This document shows positions 34,460 to 44,228 of a stretch of 64,000 bases of DNA, piece after piece (position 1 is the stretch's first letter; each line of letters opens with the position of its first letter). The DNA lies in the IMG/VR virus record IMGVR_UViG_3300035698_016797, positions 32,001 to 96,000 of that record; one strand, written 5' to 3'. This DNA comes from a virus. The notes beneath the pieces were generated by a model that saw nothing but the letters and a program-made list of their open reading frames with translations, was not told the DNA's origin and did no database searches. Made by a program: the position numbers and the translations under genes.

Positions 34460-34773
34460 AATCAAACGAAACAATGATAATGCAAAAAGGTATGGCAATA
34501 ATAACGGTAGTGTTTGTCCAAATATTAGTTATGGCTTCAGATATAGTTCTGATTGCCGCAGGATGTTGTCTGGGATACATCTCTGGATATGCAACTCCCG
34601 ACTTTAAAACCTACTTCACAATCTTTGGACTCGTTACCGCCATAGCTCTCATGTGGATTCCAACCAGAGACAGCGGGGGATTATTTTATTCATGGAAGCC
34701 TAGTAACATTCGTTTATTCTACAAATCCATGCTATCAATACTAAATGAAGAGGTGGAAAATGAGAATGAATAG
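34456..34773 (+). CDS. membrane protein
   Basis: two or three hydrophobic segments. Confidence 0.5.
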   Translation: MKSNETMIMQKGMAIITVVFVQILVMASDIVLIAAGCCLGYISGYATPDFKTYFTIFGLVTAIALMWIPTRDSGGLFYSWKPSNIRLFYKSMLSILNEEVENENE

Positions 34774-35068
34774 GGAAGAATTGAAAGAGTGGCTCGGAAG
34801 AGCTACCCTGAAGCACTCTCATAAGAAACAGGGAAGAGGATACAATATCATAGACACACGAATCTATGAAGTAGATGGAGAACTATTCTCTCTCCAGTTT
34901 TGTAACGGACACACTTCTCCTGTATTTACGGTAGGGCGTGGTTACATTCACGGGACATACGAACCGACGCCGGTAACTGAGACAGTGACTCAACAAATGT
35001 TTACTGTTACAGAGTTCACAGACGAAGGTGGTAATGAAGTGAGCAGACATGAATTGGAAAATTCCTAA
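34745..35068 (+). CDS. hypothetical protein
   Basis: 107 aa ORF. Confidence 0.5.
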   Translation: MKRWKMRMNREELKEWLGRATLKHSHKKQGRGYNIIDTRIYEVDGELFSLQFCNGHTSPVFTVGRGYIHGTYEPTPVTETVTQQMFTVTEFTDEGGNEVSRHELENS

Positions 35069-35382
35069 TGAAATCAGAAAACCGTGGGAATGAAATATTT
35101 TTCAGCATACTCAAGCAAGAATGGCTGTACGTTGATAACAACAGTAGTGTAGGAGACAATTGTAAAACACGAGCATGTGGACGTTGTGGCAAACATCGAA
35201 CGCCAGAAGGACATGATGCATGTCTTGGTACATTGCCCGGTGTTAAGAATGCTTGTTGTGGATATGGCGTAGAAGATGATGCATACGTGCAATTCTTAGA
35301 CGGCAGTACTGTTACAGGAGAGTTGGCTCGTGCTATACACACACAGATGAAGACCAAAAGAGATATGAATACATGTGCTTAG
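35068..35382 (+). CDS. conserved phage protein
   Basis: CGRCG...GHDACLGTLPGV.NACCG motif. Confidence 0.7.
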   Translation: MKSENRGNEIFFSILKQEWLYVDNNSSVGDNCKTRACGRCGKHRTPEGHDACLGTLPGVKNACCGYGVEDDAYVQFLDGSTVTGELARAIHTQMKTKRDMNTCA

Positions 35383-35475
35383 GCGCGTGTGTTTATATCT
35401 TTTTTTTTATTTGTCTATATCCATTATCGCGTTAAATATATACACCGCGTGCTAGTTTTCCCCAAGAATCTTTCC

Positions 35476-35508
35476 CAAAAAGAAGGGGCCACTTAAATGT
35501 GACCCCTC
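35476..35508 (-). terminator. terminator at the convergence of the + and - gene blocks
   Basis: agggg-c-cac/gtg-a-cccct hairpin followed by TCTTTTT on the - strand. Confidence 0.55.
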
Positions 35509-35537
35509 CATAGACAACGAATAACATGAAAACTCTA

Positions 35538-36269
35538 CTACATCTTAGTCCTCCAGAATAGATGCTCACCGTTGATAATCCTCTGAGCATCAGAAAATGG
35601 TACTTCAGACCATTTCTCCACCTCTAGGAATTTGATCAAGTCTTTTTGAGTTCTTCCTTTAGACTTAAGGGTGTTTTTTATTGTGTTGACCTGTGCCAAT
35701 GTCGCAACCTTCTGTACGTTGGCAGCAAGTCTGTCCTTTTCCTCCTGTGTTAGTTCCACAGGCTCATCTACAAACGTAGTCTCAGGAGAATCGTCACTGT
35801 CGTAGAGATCCAGTGCGACGCCAAAAAGTGTGGCGCACTTCTTCATAGCGTCTGTGGATGCCTTCTTCAGATCATCTCCAAGTGAGATTATGTTGCTCGT
35901 AGACCTTTTCCTCATGATCTGAGAACCTCCCCACTGCTCCTTGATAATTTCTACCTCATGAGTCGTGGATATGGTTCTCGTTGTGACTACATCGCCTACC
36001 TTTTCCTCTATAACCTGGACCGAAGTCTCAGGAACCTTGATCGTCAGCTGTCCGAGAACAGCAATATGATCAGCGGTGTAGTCAATTTCCCGGTCCTTCA
36101 CGACATACGTCCATTCGTGACCGAAAACTTCATTAAGACGGCGAATCACATTACTTCCTGCAACGTAACTCACCTTCCTTGCATACTCTCCACTGCCTCC
36201 AACATCTCTGTGTTTGATTAGAGGTTCTGGAAACGGAGCATTCAATGCTTTCATCAATGTACTATTCAT
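35538..36269 (-). CDS. Rad52/22-family (Sak-like) single-strand annealing protein
   Basis: L.APF...IK.R, SYV....VIRRLNEVFG..W, DLKKASTDAMKKCA..FGVALDLY. Confidence 0.85.
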   Translation of the reverse strand: MNSTLMKALNAPFPEPLIKHRDVGGSGEYARKVSYVAGSNVIRRLNEVFGHEWTYVVKDREIDYTADHIAVLGQLTIKVPETSVQVIEEKVGDVVTTRTISTTHEVEIIKEQWGGSQIMRKRSTSNIISLGDDLKKASTDAMKKCATLFGVALDLYDSDDSPETTFVDEPVELTQEEKDRLAANVQKVATLAQVNTIKNTLKSKGRTQKDLIKFLEVEKWSEVPFSDAQRIINGEHLFWRTKM

Positions 36270-36996
36270 TCGTTCTAACTCCTATTACTATTTGACTCCG
36301 CTCTTTGGCGGATTCTATCTTACTCATAATATAGTTGTACATTTCAAAATTCCAAGTCGTTTCGCACATTTTATTTTCCAACCAGTAAGTTAAAGGAGAT
36401 GAGGGCAGTCGGATAGTGGGATAGTAGGAATAAAATCGCACTTCAGAAAACTTGTTCCTGACAGATGCCACTATGTTCTCCGCAAAGAGGGACGGATACA
36501 CTTTCCCGATTGAGTATCCATAGGTCTCCTCAGGAAGGGTCACGTACAAATGGGCCTGCTGTTTTACAACTTCAGGTATAGGATACAAGTCATTCCCGTG
36601 CAACCAATCCACTATCACGACTGCCCCCAAAAGCTTTTTGATCTCAGGGTCTTCCCACTCTATCTTCTCCAAATGATTAACAATGGATTCTCTATCAGCC
36701 AAAGCGTTGGAGAAAAGATAAAAGACAGATGCTCTTCTGCGGGATTTTATAGGGGTCAATAGTCCCGCAGTATGGTGTGTTATCTCTTCCTTTATGACTT
36801 CGTCCTCAGCCAACCAGGAATATACTGTGTCTACATCTTCTGCAAACGATTCGATACGAGAGTTACAACGAATACAACGCTTGGTTAAAAAATACAAAGA
36901 CTCCTTGTCAGGGAGAAGAGGGTATCTCACACCCTCATACTCCTTGAAAGGAATCTCGTAATGAGCCTTGCATTTTGGACATCTAACTGTCGTCAT
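36262..36996 (-). CDS. hypothetical protein with N-terminal zinc ribbon
   Basis: CPKC...CIRC. Confidence 0.6.
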   Translation of the reverse strand: MTTVRCPKCKAHYEIPFKEYEGVRYPLLPDKESLYFLTKRCIRCNSRIESFAEDVDTVYSWLAEDEVIKEEITHHTAGLLTPIKSRRRASVFYLFSNALADRESIVNHLEKIEWEDPEIKKLLGAVVIVDWLHGNDLYPIPEVVKQQAHLYVTLPEETYGYSIGKVYPSLFAENIVASVRNKFSEVRFYSYYPTIRLPSSPLTYWLENKMCETTWNFEMYNYIMSKIESAKERSQIVIGVRTNE

Positions 36997-37234
36997 CGCA
37001 ACTCCTTCTCATACTCACAATCTTCTTTCTGCCTTTAGACTTTCCTTCCTCTTCAAGTTCTTCAAGACGTGCGAGCTGAGCACGAGTCAATGTAATTTCA
37101 CGAAGCCATCCAGAAAGACTTCCTCGCGATATTTTGATACCCATCGCACGCATCTTCTGAATAATCTCCGAATAGCTATTACCCTTCCTTCGAAGAGCTA
37201 TGGCAATACGTTTTGACTCGTCTTTCCTGTTCAT
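36983..37234 (-). CDS. short HTH protein
   Basis: AIALRRKG.SYSEI...ISRGSLS.WL HTH pattern. Confidence 0.6.
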   Translation of the reverse strand: MNRKDESKRIAIALRRKGNSYSEIIQKMRAMGIKISRGSLSGWLREITLTRAQLARLEELEEEGKSKGRKKIVSMRRSCDDDS

Positions 37235-37235
37235 A

Positions 37236-37685
37236 TTATCCACCATGTCCTGTTGGAGGTTTTCGCCCATCAGGACTGTCTTCTATCTCAACGGCACATT
37301 GAGCATCAATGGCTTCAATATCGTTAAGATCAATGGTTGGATTTGCATTCTGTTGCTGTTGAGGCTTCCCCTCTTCAGCACTACCTTCCTCTTGCTCTTT
37401 TGCAGACGTATTATATTGAACCTGTACCTCTTTGAGAGCATCCTGCAATTCCTGCAACGTAACAATGTTACGACGCAAAAGTACAGTACTAAGCGCGGCG
37501 AGTTGCAGATGTGTCTGGGTCAGCATGTAATGGGTCTGACTAATGAACTGGTCAACGTTGGCCTTCCAGAACTCTTCTCCAAACTTCTGCTCTCCACCTG
37601 CGATACGCTCTTCTGCACTCCTCTCTCTGTCTTCAACCTCAATGGTTTCAATTGGCTGAGCCGATTGTGTGTCATTACTTTCCAT
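37236..37685 (-). CDS. acidic hypothetical protein
   Basis: 149 aa, AAGGA RBS. Confidence 0.6.
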   Translation of the reverse strand: MESNDTQSAQPIETIEVEDRERSAEERIAGGEQKFGEEFWKANVDQFISQTHYMLTQTHLQLAALSTVLLRRNIVTLQELQDALKEVQVQYNTSAKEQEEGSAEEGKPQQQQNANPTIDLNDIEAIDAQCAVEIEDSPDGRKPPTGHGG

Positions 37686-37686
37686 G

Positions 37687-38133
37687 TTACTTTCCTTTTT
37701 GTCCAGGCATCCTAACCTTTTGGTTTACATTTATCTGACTTGTTTCTGTTTGACCCTTTTTGTGTAGTCCAAGCGGATCAGGCTTGTCCGATACGACATC
37801 TACAACAGGTTTCCCTGTCTTTTCGTCCATACGTGCACCGCGAATACCTGCGGCAGCTGCAACGCCTTCCAGACCTGAACGATCTCCATGGTCAACGAAG
37901 TTAACCTTTACAGGTCGTCCATCAACATCTACCAATGTCTGATGTGGATGTAAACTATTGAGAACATCACCAATTCCAGACTTTACAATGGCAGAAGGCT
38001 TAGTCCAAAGACGCCTTGTCTTACCTCCACATTCCGGGCACGCAAAATCATTACGTCCCTTAATGTCATCCATCTTCAAGAATGCACCGCTTACTTTGCC
38101 GCAATCTTTACATTTGAAATCATACAATGGCAT
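37687..38133 (-). CDS. FmdB-family zinc-ribbon protein
   Basis: MPLYDFKCKDCG...CPECGG.T.RL. Confidence 0.8.
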   Translation of the reverse strand: MPLYDFKCKDCGKVSGAFLKMDDIKGRNDFACPECGGKTRRLWTKPSAIVKSGIGDVLNSLHPHQTLVDVDGRPVKVNFVDHGDRSGLEGVAAAAGIRGARMDEKTGKPVVDVVSDKPDPLGLHKKGQTETSQINVNQKVRMPGQKGK

Positions 38134-38143
38134 TTCTTTTCTC

Positions 38144-40504
38144 CTATATTGTGCTCAACAGTTGCAGATCATTTACTATGAACGACGACCCGCGTCCTAT
38201 TGAACCGTACAGCAGGTAAACCTTACCGATCTCAATCTGTTCTTTCAACGTCGGGTATTTTGATGGAAATATTATTGCATCCATGTCTCTTTGATCTTTC
38301 GATATGGAAAGGAATGCCATTTCCTGACCTTGGGTCTTACCTTTCTTTACTATATGCTCTCTAAAGTCATTTACAATGCCCGCGAGACATAAATCTTCAC
38401 TTTTTCTATTGAACCCCAGACCATCAACTACATCTGCAATATCAGTAGTGGTCTCACTGCGAATGATTTTCTCGAACGGCGTCATAGGAGAGGCGGTAAG
38501 ATATGCATCCGTCATAGTCTTCTCGTCGTCAAGCATCTCTTCGAAAGTCTGATGCTCTTCACTCTCTATCTCATCCAGGTCACACTGTGTAACCTCTTCT
38601 CTCGTGAGTTCTTTACGTAGCTTTGTGCCTTCAGCCTTACGCTTCTGCTGTTTCTTCATCTTGTCTACGATGGGTCTGAGGTAATGATGCTTGGCAATCA
38701 ACACCTCTCTGTCACTGCCGAAGCAATCCAGGGCACCGGCACGAATCATTGAGTCAACAGCTTGACTGTTCAACGTGTTGAAGTCAGTTTCTATGAGGAA
38801 CTCAGCCATGTTGGTATACTTACCTCTGGCCTTGACAACTTCACGAGCCGCGTACGGACTGACGTTCTTAATGAATGCCAAACCGAACTCAATCTTCTCG
38901 CCATCACGAATCTCGAAGAACGCTTCACTCGTCATGATGGAAGGTCTTATCACATCAATCCCGAAGAACCTTGCCTCTTCCACATACATGCCGACCTTAG
39001 AAACCTGTGAACCACCATACTCTCCGTTGAGAAGTTCACACAGGAACTCGATTTTGTAATGAGCTTTCAGATAAGCGGCCTGGAAAGTGATCTTACCATA
39101 AGAAGCGGCATGACTTTTGTTAAAGCTGTACCTCTGTCCCTTCTCAATGTATCCAAACACCATCTCCGCATCTTCTCTTGTTCTTCCCTTACGTTCCATT
39201 GCACGCTCGATGAACGGTTCTTTGATCTCTGCCATCTTCGATGCAATCTTCTTACCGATAGCTTTCCTCAAGTTGTCCGCCTCTGCGAGTGTGAACCCTG
39301 CAAAGTCCTGAGCCGCTCTCATTGCCTGCTCCTGATACACCATGATGCCATAGGTTTCCTTAAGCGCACCCTCAAGAGACTCGTGCATATATTCGACCGG
39401 TTCATCACCTCTTCTTCTGGCAATGAAGGTCTGGGTGGTGCCTGCATCCATGGTTCCGGGACGAATGATTGCATTCATCACAACCACATCCATGAAGTCT
39501 TCCATGCCCATGGTCCTGCAAAAGTCCTGCACATACTTACGCTCAAGCTGAAAGATGCCTGTGGTATGTCCATCGGCAAACAGCTTTAGAGTGAGAGGAT
39601 CGTTGAGATTGATCTTCTCTATATCTATCTTGGGTTTACCATCGAAAGCAAGGTCTCTGTTGATCCTCTGCACTGCCTTATCAATTACAGTCAAGGTGTT
39701 CAAGCCGAGGAAATCCATCTTGAGGAACCCTGTGTCCTCAATGTCATACATGTCCCATTGGGTTATGTATACGTCTTCCTTCTTTGTTCCAGCTTTGAAG
39801 AACAGAGGCATGTATTCAACCACATCCTTTGGTGTAATCAGAACTCCAGCCGGATGTTTGCCCGGTTGACGAACCTTTCCAGAGAGGAAGCCTGCCATCT
39901 GAAAGAGTTCAGGATACAAGGCTTGCTGTTTCTGAAGGAATTCAGAGCCTTCCACCGCATCTTCAAGTGTCCTACAGGACGCAGGGATAGCCTTAGAGAT
40001 GGTGTCACCAACCTGAACGTAGTTGTCTATCTGTTGTGCCCTTGAGACGTCTCTGATGGACGCTTTCGGCCCCATGGAGCCAAATGTGATGATGTGTGCG
40101 ACTCTATCAGCACCGTAGCGGTCGCGAACGTATTCGATAACGCGTTTTCTTTGCTCTTTACAGAAATCCATATCTAAATCTGGCATAGATATACGCTCTG
40201 GATTGAGGAACCTCTCGAACAGTAGGCCGAAGTAGATTGGATCAAGTGTCGTAATGTCCAGTGCATAGCACAAAATACAGCCAGCACCACTACCACGACC
40301 AGGACCAACTGGGATACCTCTCTGCTTAGCCCACGAAATGATGTCTTCAACGATCAAAAAGTAATCACAGAAGTTCATCGACTCTACAACCCCAAGCTCA
40401 TATTCTTTACGCTTTAAGTACTCTTCTGTTGTAGGGATGCCCTTGGCAATCCATCCCTCTTCAACCCTGAATCTTAGATAGTCAAAATTTAGATTGTTAG
40501 ACAT
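38144..40504 (-). CDS. dnaE: DNA polymerase III alpha, catalytic (palm/fingers/OB) part of a split gene
   Basis: GPGRGSGAG, FERFLNPER.SMPDLDMDF, G.HPAG, K.DFLGL, FNKSHA.SY, GL..IK.V; GGAG RBS. Confidence 0.93.
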   Translation of the reverse strand: MSNNLNFDYLRFRVEEGWIAKGIPTTEEYLKRKEYELGVVESMNFCDYFLIVEDIISWAKQRGIPVGPGRGSGAGCILCYALDITTLDPIYFGLLFERFLNPERISMPDLDMDFCKEQRKRVIEYVRDRYGADRVAHIITFGSMGPKASIRDVSRAQQIDNYVQVGDTISKAIPASCRTLEDAVEGSEFLQKQQALYPELFQMAGFLSGKVRQPGKHPAGVLITPKDVVEYMPLFFKAGTKKEDVYITQWDMYDIEDTGFLKMDFLGLNTLTVIDKAVQRINRDLAFDGKPKIDIEKINLNDPLTLKLFADGHTTGIFQLERKYVQDFCRTMGMEDFMDVVVMNAIIRPGTMDAGTTQTFIARRRGDEPVEYMHESLEGALKETYGIMVYQEQAMRAAQDFAGFTLAEADNLRKAIGKKIASKMAEIKEPFIERAMERKGRTREDAEMVFGYIEKGQRYSFNKSHAASYGKITFQAAYLKAHYKIEFLCELLNGEYGGSQVSKVGMYVEEARFFGIDVIRPSIMTSEAFFEIRDGEKIEFGLAFIKNVSPYAAREVVKARGKYTNMAEFLIETDFNTLNSQAVDSMIRAGALDCFGSDREVLIAKHHYLRPIVDKMKKQQKRKAEGTKLRKELTREEVTQCDLDEIESEEHQTFEEMLDDEKTMTDAYLTASPMTPFEKIIRSETTTDIADVVDGLGFNRKSEDLCLAGIVNDFREHIVKKGKTQGQEMAFLSISKDQRDMDAIIFPSKYPTLKEQIEIGKVYLLYGSIGRGSSFIVNDLQLLSTI

Positions 40505-40724
40505 TGCCAACTCCACATATAGAAAATTCTCTAGTTAATCTGTAACACACCTCTATCATCAGTGCTTTATTCTGAGACGGAACATCATCCCACGGCACAG
40601 AAGATTCGTCTCTTGTTGAATAACCAAACGATGGGGCAAGAGACTCGTACAAATAGTGAAAGCGTTCAGCCAAATATTCCGGGTAAACGTTTCCAGCCTT
40701 ATTTTTGAATCTTTTTTTGGTCAT
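40497..40724 (-). CDS. small hypothetical protein between the two dnaE halves
   Basis: 75 aa, overlaps both neighbours. Confidence 0.55.
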   Translation of the reverse strand: MTKKRFKNKAGNVYPEYLAERFHYLYESLAPSFGYSTRDESSVPWDDVPSQNKALMIEVCYRLTREFSICGVGNV

Positions 40725-42351
40725 TTTTCCACCCTATAAATTTGTCATAGTCAGAGGATTGTGTTATGTCAAAACTGGGAAACTTGTACCCTTGAAAGTC
40801 GAGTGCAAAGTCAACCCTATCTGTTATCTCTAATGTAGCGTCTGCCATTTCAGCGGTCAAGCTACCTGTTATCATTTGACCTCTATTCTTAAAGAAGAAG
40901 TCACTTGATGAGAACTCAAGCCCACCACTGTTGCCAGTAGCAACCTTCAGCAAAGTGTTTTGAATAGCGTGGTCTTCTTGCTTTAAGTAGTGACAGTCAT
41001 TAGTCATCACACTCTTAACGCCTTCGTCTTCTGCCATGTTAAGTATCTCTGGGACTAAGTCGTCGTACAAGGGCCAATCAATATGCATTACTTCGTTGTA
41101 AAACCTGTCTCCAAACATTCCTTTCAACATCTGCATGTTAGCTCTGGCCTTATCAATATCACGAGCTTCTTCTGAAAAGTGATATGAAACTGGACTTTTG
41201 TAGCAACCAGACAGTACAATCACACCTTCAGAATGATCCGCAAGCATCTTCTTGTCAATCCTGGGACGATAGTAGAACCCATCTCTCCCGGCAATAGAAC
41301 AGAGCTTCACCAAATTCTGCCAACCCTTCTCTGTCTGAGCAAGCAATACAAGGTGGTAATTACCACGGTTCTCCCGACTTGATGCGTCATCAACGTAGTA
41401 AGCCTCGAACCCATGTATTGGCTTCACTCCTACATCCTTACATGCCTGCTGTTGTTTATAGCATCCAAACATATATCCGTGGTCAGTCAACGCAAATGCT
41501 GGCTGTCCTATGTCGTGAACGTGTTGAGCAATAGCCTCTGGTGACGGAACCCCGTCAAGAAACGAGTATTGTGAGTGAACATGAAGATGAACAAACTCTC
41601 CGTTATCTTCTGGCTTTTCAGGACTATCCTCTTCTATCCACACATGTTTTACCTCGCCCCCATCATCTACGACCTTAAAAGCTTCTGGGTCTGGTCTGGA
41701 AAGTTCTTGTGCCACTACCTTGGCGGCTTCTACTAGCGAAACCTCAGCCTGTTTGTCTTCTTCTTCGAGCTTTTTAGAAAACTCATCAAATGAAACGTGA
41801 TCATAGTCTTCTATTACAATCGGTCGCGTTGCAACATCGTCTTCGAACATTGAGGATGGAACGTATACTGTTTCTGTATCTGTGGATTTATTAAATTCAT
41901 AAACGAGTTCCGTTTTTTTGATTAACTCAACAAAGTTATTAGGAAGATGTGTTGAATGCTTACTCTGAGAATACTTAGCTCCCAACGTGCGAGCCACAGT
42001 TCTTCCGAACTGTTCGGCAGAAACCAATTGTATTACAGAGTTCTTGGGATTAAAAAACACAAACGTCTTCGGCATTAAACCTTCTACGGCAATCCGATCG
42101 GCCAAATAAAAAAAGTATCCCTTCTTACCACCCCTCTTAAGTACAACGGGAATCCTTCTGTGTTCATCCTCGTCTCCAAGATTATAATCTACGATAACCT
42201 CAAAGTGAATACTTTTACCAACCGAAATAAGTCTGTTACCTATCAATCCCATACGGCCAGTAGGTTTGAACGATCCAATATCTGAACCGAAAACGAGGGG
42301 AAGAGTGTGTGACACATACGCATCAATTGTATTTAGATTGAGATCTGCCAT
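40699..42351 (-). CDS. dnaE: DNA polymerase III alpha PHP part with ~240 aa unknown N-terminal extension
   Basis: FVHLHVHSQYSFLDG, ALTDHG, HLVLLA, YYRPRID, TNDCHY; AAGGAG RBS. Confidence 0.88.
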   Translation of the reverse strand: MADLNLNTIDAYVSHTLPLVFGSDIGSFKPTGRMGLIGNRLISVGKSIHFEVIVDYNLGDEDEHRRIPVVLKRGGKKGYFFYLADRIAVEGLMPKTFVFFNPKNSVIQLVSAEQFGRTVARTLGAKYSQSKHSTHLPNNFVELIKKTELVYEFNKSTDTETVYVPSSMFEDDVATRPIVIEDYDHVSFDEFSKKLEEEDKQAEVSLVEAAKVVAQELSRPDPEAFKVVDDGGEVKHVWIEEDSPEKPEDNGEFVHLHVHSQYSFLDGVPSPEAIAQHVHDIGQPAFALTDHGYMFGCYKQQQACKDVGVKPIHGFEAYYVDDASSRENRGNYHLVLLAQTEKGWQNLVKLCSIAGRDGFYYRPRIDKKMLADHSEGVIVLSGCYKSPVSYHFSEEARDIDKARANMQMLKGMFGDRFYNEVMHIDWPLYDDLVPEILNMAEDEGVKSVMTNDCHYLKQEDHAIQNTLLKVATGNSGGLEFSSSDFFFKNRGQMITGSLTAEMADATLEITDRVDFALDFQGYKFPSFDITQSSDYDKFIGWKNDQKKIQK

Positions 42352-42377
42352 GCTTAGTACTCCTTTTGTATGCAAGT

Positions 42378-42406
42378 AATGTACGTCGTGTGTTCAAGTA
42401 TATCAA
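42378..42406 (-). promoter_or_regulatory. sigma70-like promoter for dnaE-PHP; contains 14-bp motif shared with the initiator promoter
   Basis: TTGATA-N17-TACATT on the - strand; tcgtgtgttcaagt at 42386-42399. Confidence 0.5.
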
Positions 42407-42428
42407 GTCAGTGTGAAAAAAAAATGCA

Positions 42429-42983
42429 CTACGCAGAGACAGAGGTGGCTTCCCATATAGAAAAAATACGCAAAGCTTCTGGTTTGGTTGGTTGCGGAAG
42501 CAGAAAAGTTTCAAACCCGTAGTTTCCAAACGTATCCTTGTATACCCCTGAGAGTTGTTGCTCTAATATTGGGACGTCAGTTCTGTGTCCACGTATACCT
42601 TCTGGGGCTTCCATGATAACGAACTTACGAGCAACCCTCGTTAGTTGAGGAATGGTAGAATCAAAATCTGACTCTGGGATATGCTCTGGTCCATCTTCCC
42701 ATATGATTACGTCATATGATTTTTGACCACACAACTCCTCTATGTTCCTAACGTCACCCTCTACAACATCTATCTCCAAATGTCTAAGGTCTTGTGCATT
42801 CTTAGGATCAAGCTCCAGCACCGTAGGTTTCCACCTTGCCATTGCAAACAAGTCTAGGAATTCAGTCCACTTAGAAGGAACTGCTCCGATATATAACAGT
42901 GTATCAGAATCAAAAACTTCAGGATAATCTTCTTGTAGTTTATCTAAACATGTCATTACTTTGTATTCCTTATCATGAGCCAA
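42429..42983 (-). CDS. class I SAM-dependent methyltransferase
   Basis: LYIGA, VLELD, GDVR, YDVIIW..GPEHI. Confidence 0.75.
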   Translation of the reverse strand: MAHDKEYKVMTCLDKLQEDYPEVFDSDTLLYIGAVPSKWTEFLDLFAMARWKPTVLELDPKNAQDLRHLEIDVVEGDVRNIEELCGQKSYDVIIWEDGPEHIPESDFDSTIPQLTRVARKFVIMEAPEGIRGHRTDVPILEQQLSGVYKDTFGNYGFETFLLPQPTKPEALRIFSIWEATSVSA

Positions 42984-43531
42984 CCATTTTCACAAGTCTC
43001 TTCTGGTCTTGTCTTGTTGTTAAAAAATACGTATGGTTTGTTAAGACGATGAGCCTCCTCAATATATCTTTTTGGAGAGTCATAATATCCAAGGTCGTGT
43101 ACAAAAATCAAACCATCAGGTTTAGTTATCCTAAAGATCTCATCTGTCCACTCTCCAGAATGGTGGTGGTCTGCGTCTGAAACGACGACGTCGTACGCAT
43201 TCTCTATTGCAGCATAAACGAATTCTTTCTCGGTAACAGGAGCAATAACTCTTGCTCCAAGAAGGGAGACCTCGTCAATAATCTTAGACATTGCAGGATT
43301 ATTATCATGAAAGTTATCAACAGTAGTAAGAGTTCCACTCACGTTATACTTTAGTGCATACAAAATACACTTTGTAAGATACCCATTCCCAATGCCTAAC
43401 TCTAAAACACTCTCTGGTTTTGCAGACAGGATGGTTCCAAAAAGGAAGACACTGTGACACAGGTCAACAGAAACTTCGTTGTCAGAATCAAATGTCGTTA
43501 TGTATTTCATGTACTCAGTTATATTATTCAT
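42956..43531 (-). CDS. class I SAM methyltransferase (Methyltransf_24-like)
   Basis: VLELGIGNG, TVDN, DADH, GLIFVHD. Confidence 0.8.
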   Translation of the reverse strand: MNNITEYMKYITTFDSDNEVSVDLCHSVFLFGTILSAKPESVLELGIGNGYLTKCILYALKYNVSGTLTTVDNFHDNNPAMSKIIDEVSLLGARVIAPVTEKEFVYAAIENAYDVVVSDADHHHSGEWTDEIFRITKPDGLIFVHDLGYYDSPKRYIEEAHRLNKPYVFFNNKTRPEETCENGWLMIRNTK

Positions 43532-44228
43532 GTAACCTCTCCAAATGTTTAGCGTCAGAAATTATCTGTGCTACTCTATTTCTATGTCCACTATTAAACA
43601 GTCCCGCTCCGGCGTAGTGGATTATGTAAGAATCAAACCTGTCTGCACAACCATTCCACTCTTCTGAAAACATGGTCATGTGATTCCATTTAAAGTCTAA
43701 TTCGTGTACGGTAAAACCCTTACTGTGTATTTGATACCCAAAATGAATATCGTCGTAACCAAAATCCATCCAGTAAGTCCCATCAATTGGCGTAAATATA
43801 TCACGATGACACTTGGATGTCAAGAAAACACCGCTGTTTATATACCCTTGTTTCCATCCAACGTCAGTATATCTGCGCTGAACCTTGTGAATTACATCTC
43901 TACGATGAGAAGCTCTTGATCCAACATCCTCAAAGATGGAACCTATAGTATCTTCTGGAACCTCTTTGAAAATATCTGGACATGCAGGACTGACCAATAG
44001 ATCACAATCTAGTGATAGAATTCTATCATAGTCATCATACAGTTTGTACAGGTCCATTATTCTGTAGTGTGCCCGTGGAGGTCTCTCATTAGTCCACACA
44101 GGAGGAGGGCTATCAAGACAACACAAGTCTGCACCACACTTGTAAGCATAAGCCTTCAGGGTAGGCATGGTGACGGAAGACATCTCTTCTATATTAGAAT
44201 CACAACGAGTGGCTATTAAAAGTTTCAC
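43524..44228 (-). CDS. GT-A glycosyltransferase (GT8-like)
   Basis: YDRILSLDCD DxD motif, INSGV, WNH, IIHYAG. Confidence 0.8.
   Translation of the reverse strand: MKLLIATRCDSNIEEMSSVTMPTLKAYAYKCGADLCCLDSPPPVWTNERPPRAHYRIMDLYKLYDDYDRILSLDCDLLVSPACPDIFKEVPEDTIGSIFEDVGSRASHRRDVIHKVQRRYTDVGWKQGYINSGVFLTSKCHRDIFTPIDGTYWMDFGYDDIHFGYQIHSKGFTVHELDFKWNHMTMFSEEWNGCADRFDSYIIHYAGAGLFNSGHRNRVAQIISDAKHLERLHE

Noticed and set aside
36983-37234. Homing endonuclease
   Set aside because: Only the N-terminal HTH is present; no nuclease domain follows.
40497-40724. Split intein or group I intron between the dnaE halves
   Set aside because: No intein terminal residues or recognisable group I core; the gap is occupied by an ordinary overlapping ORF and the second half has its own RBS.
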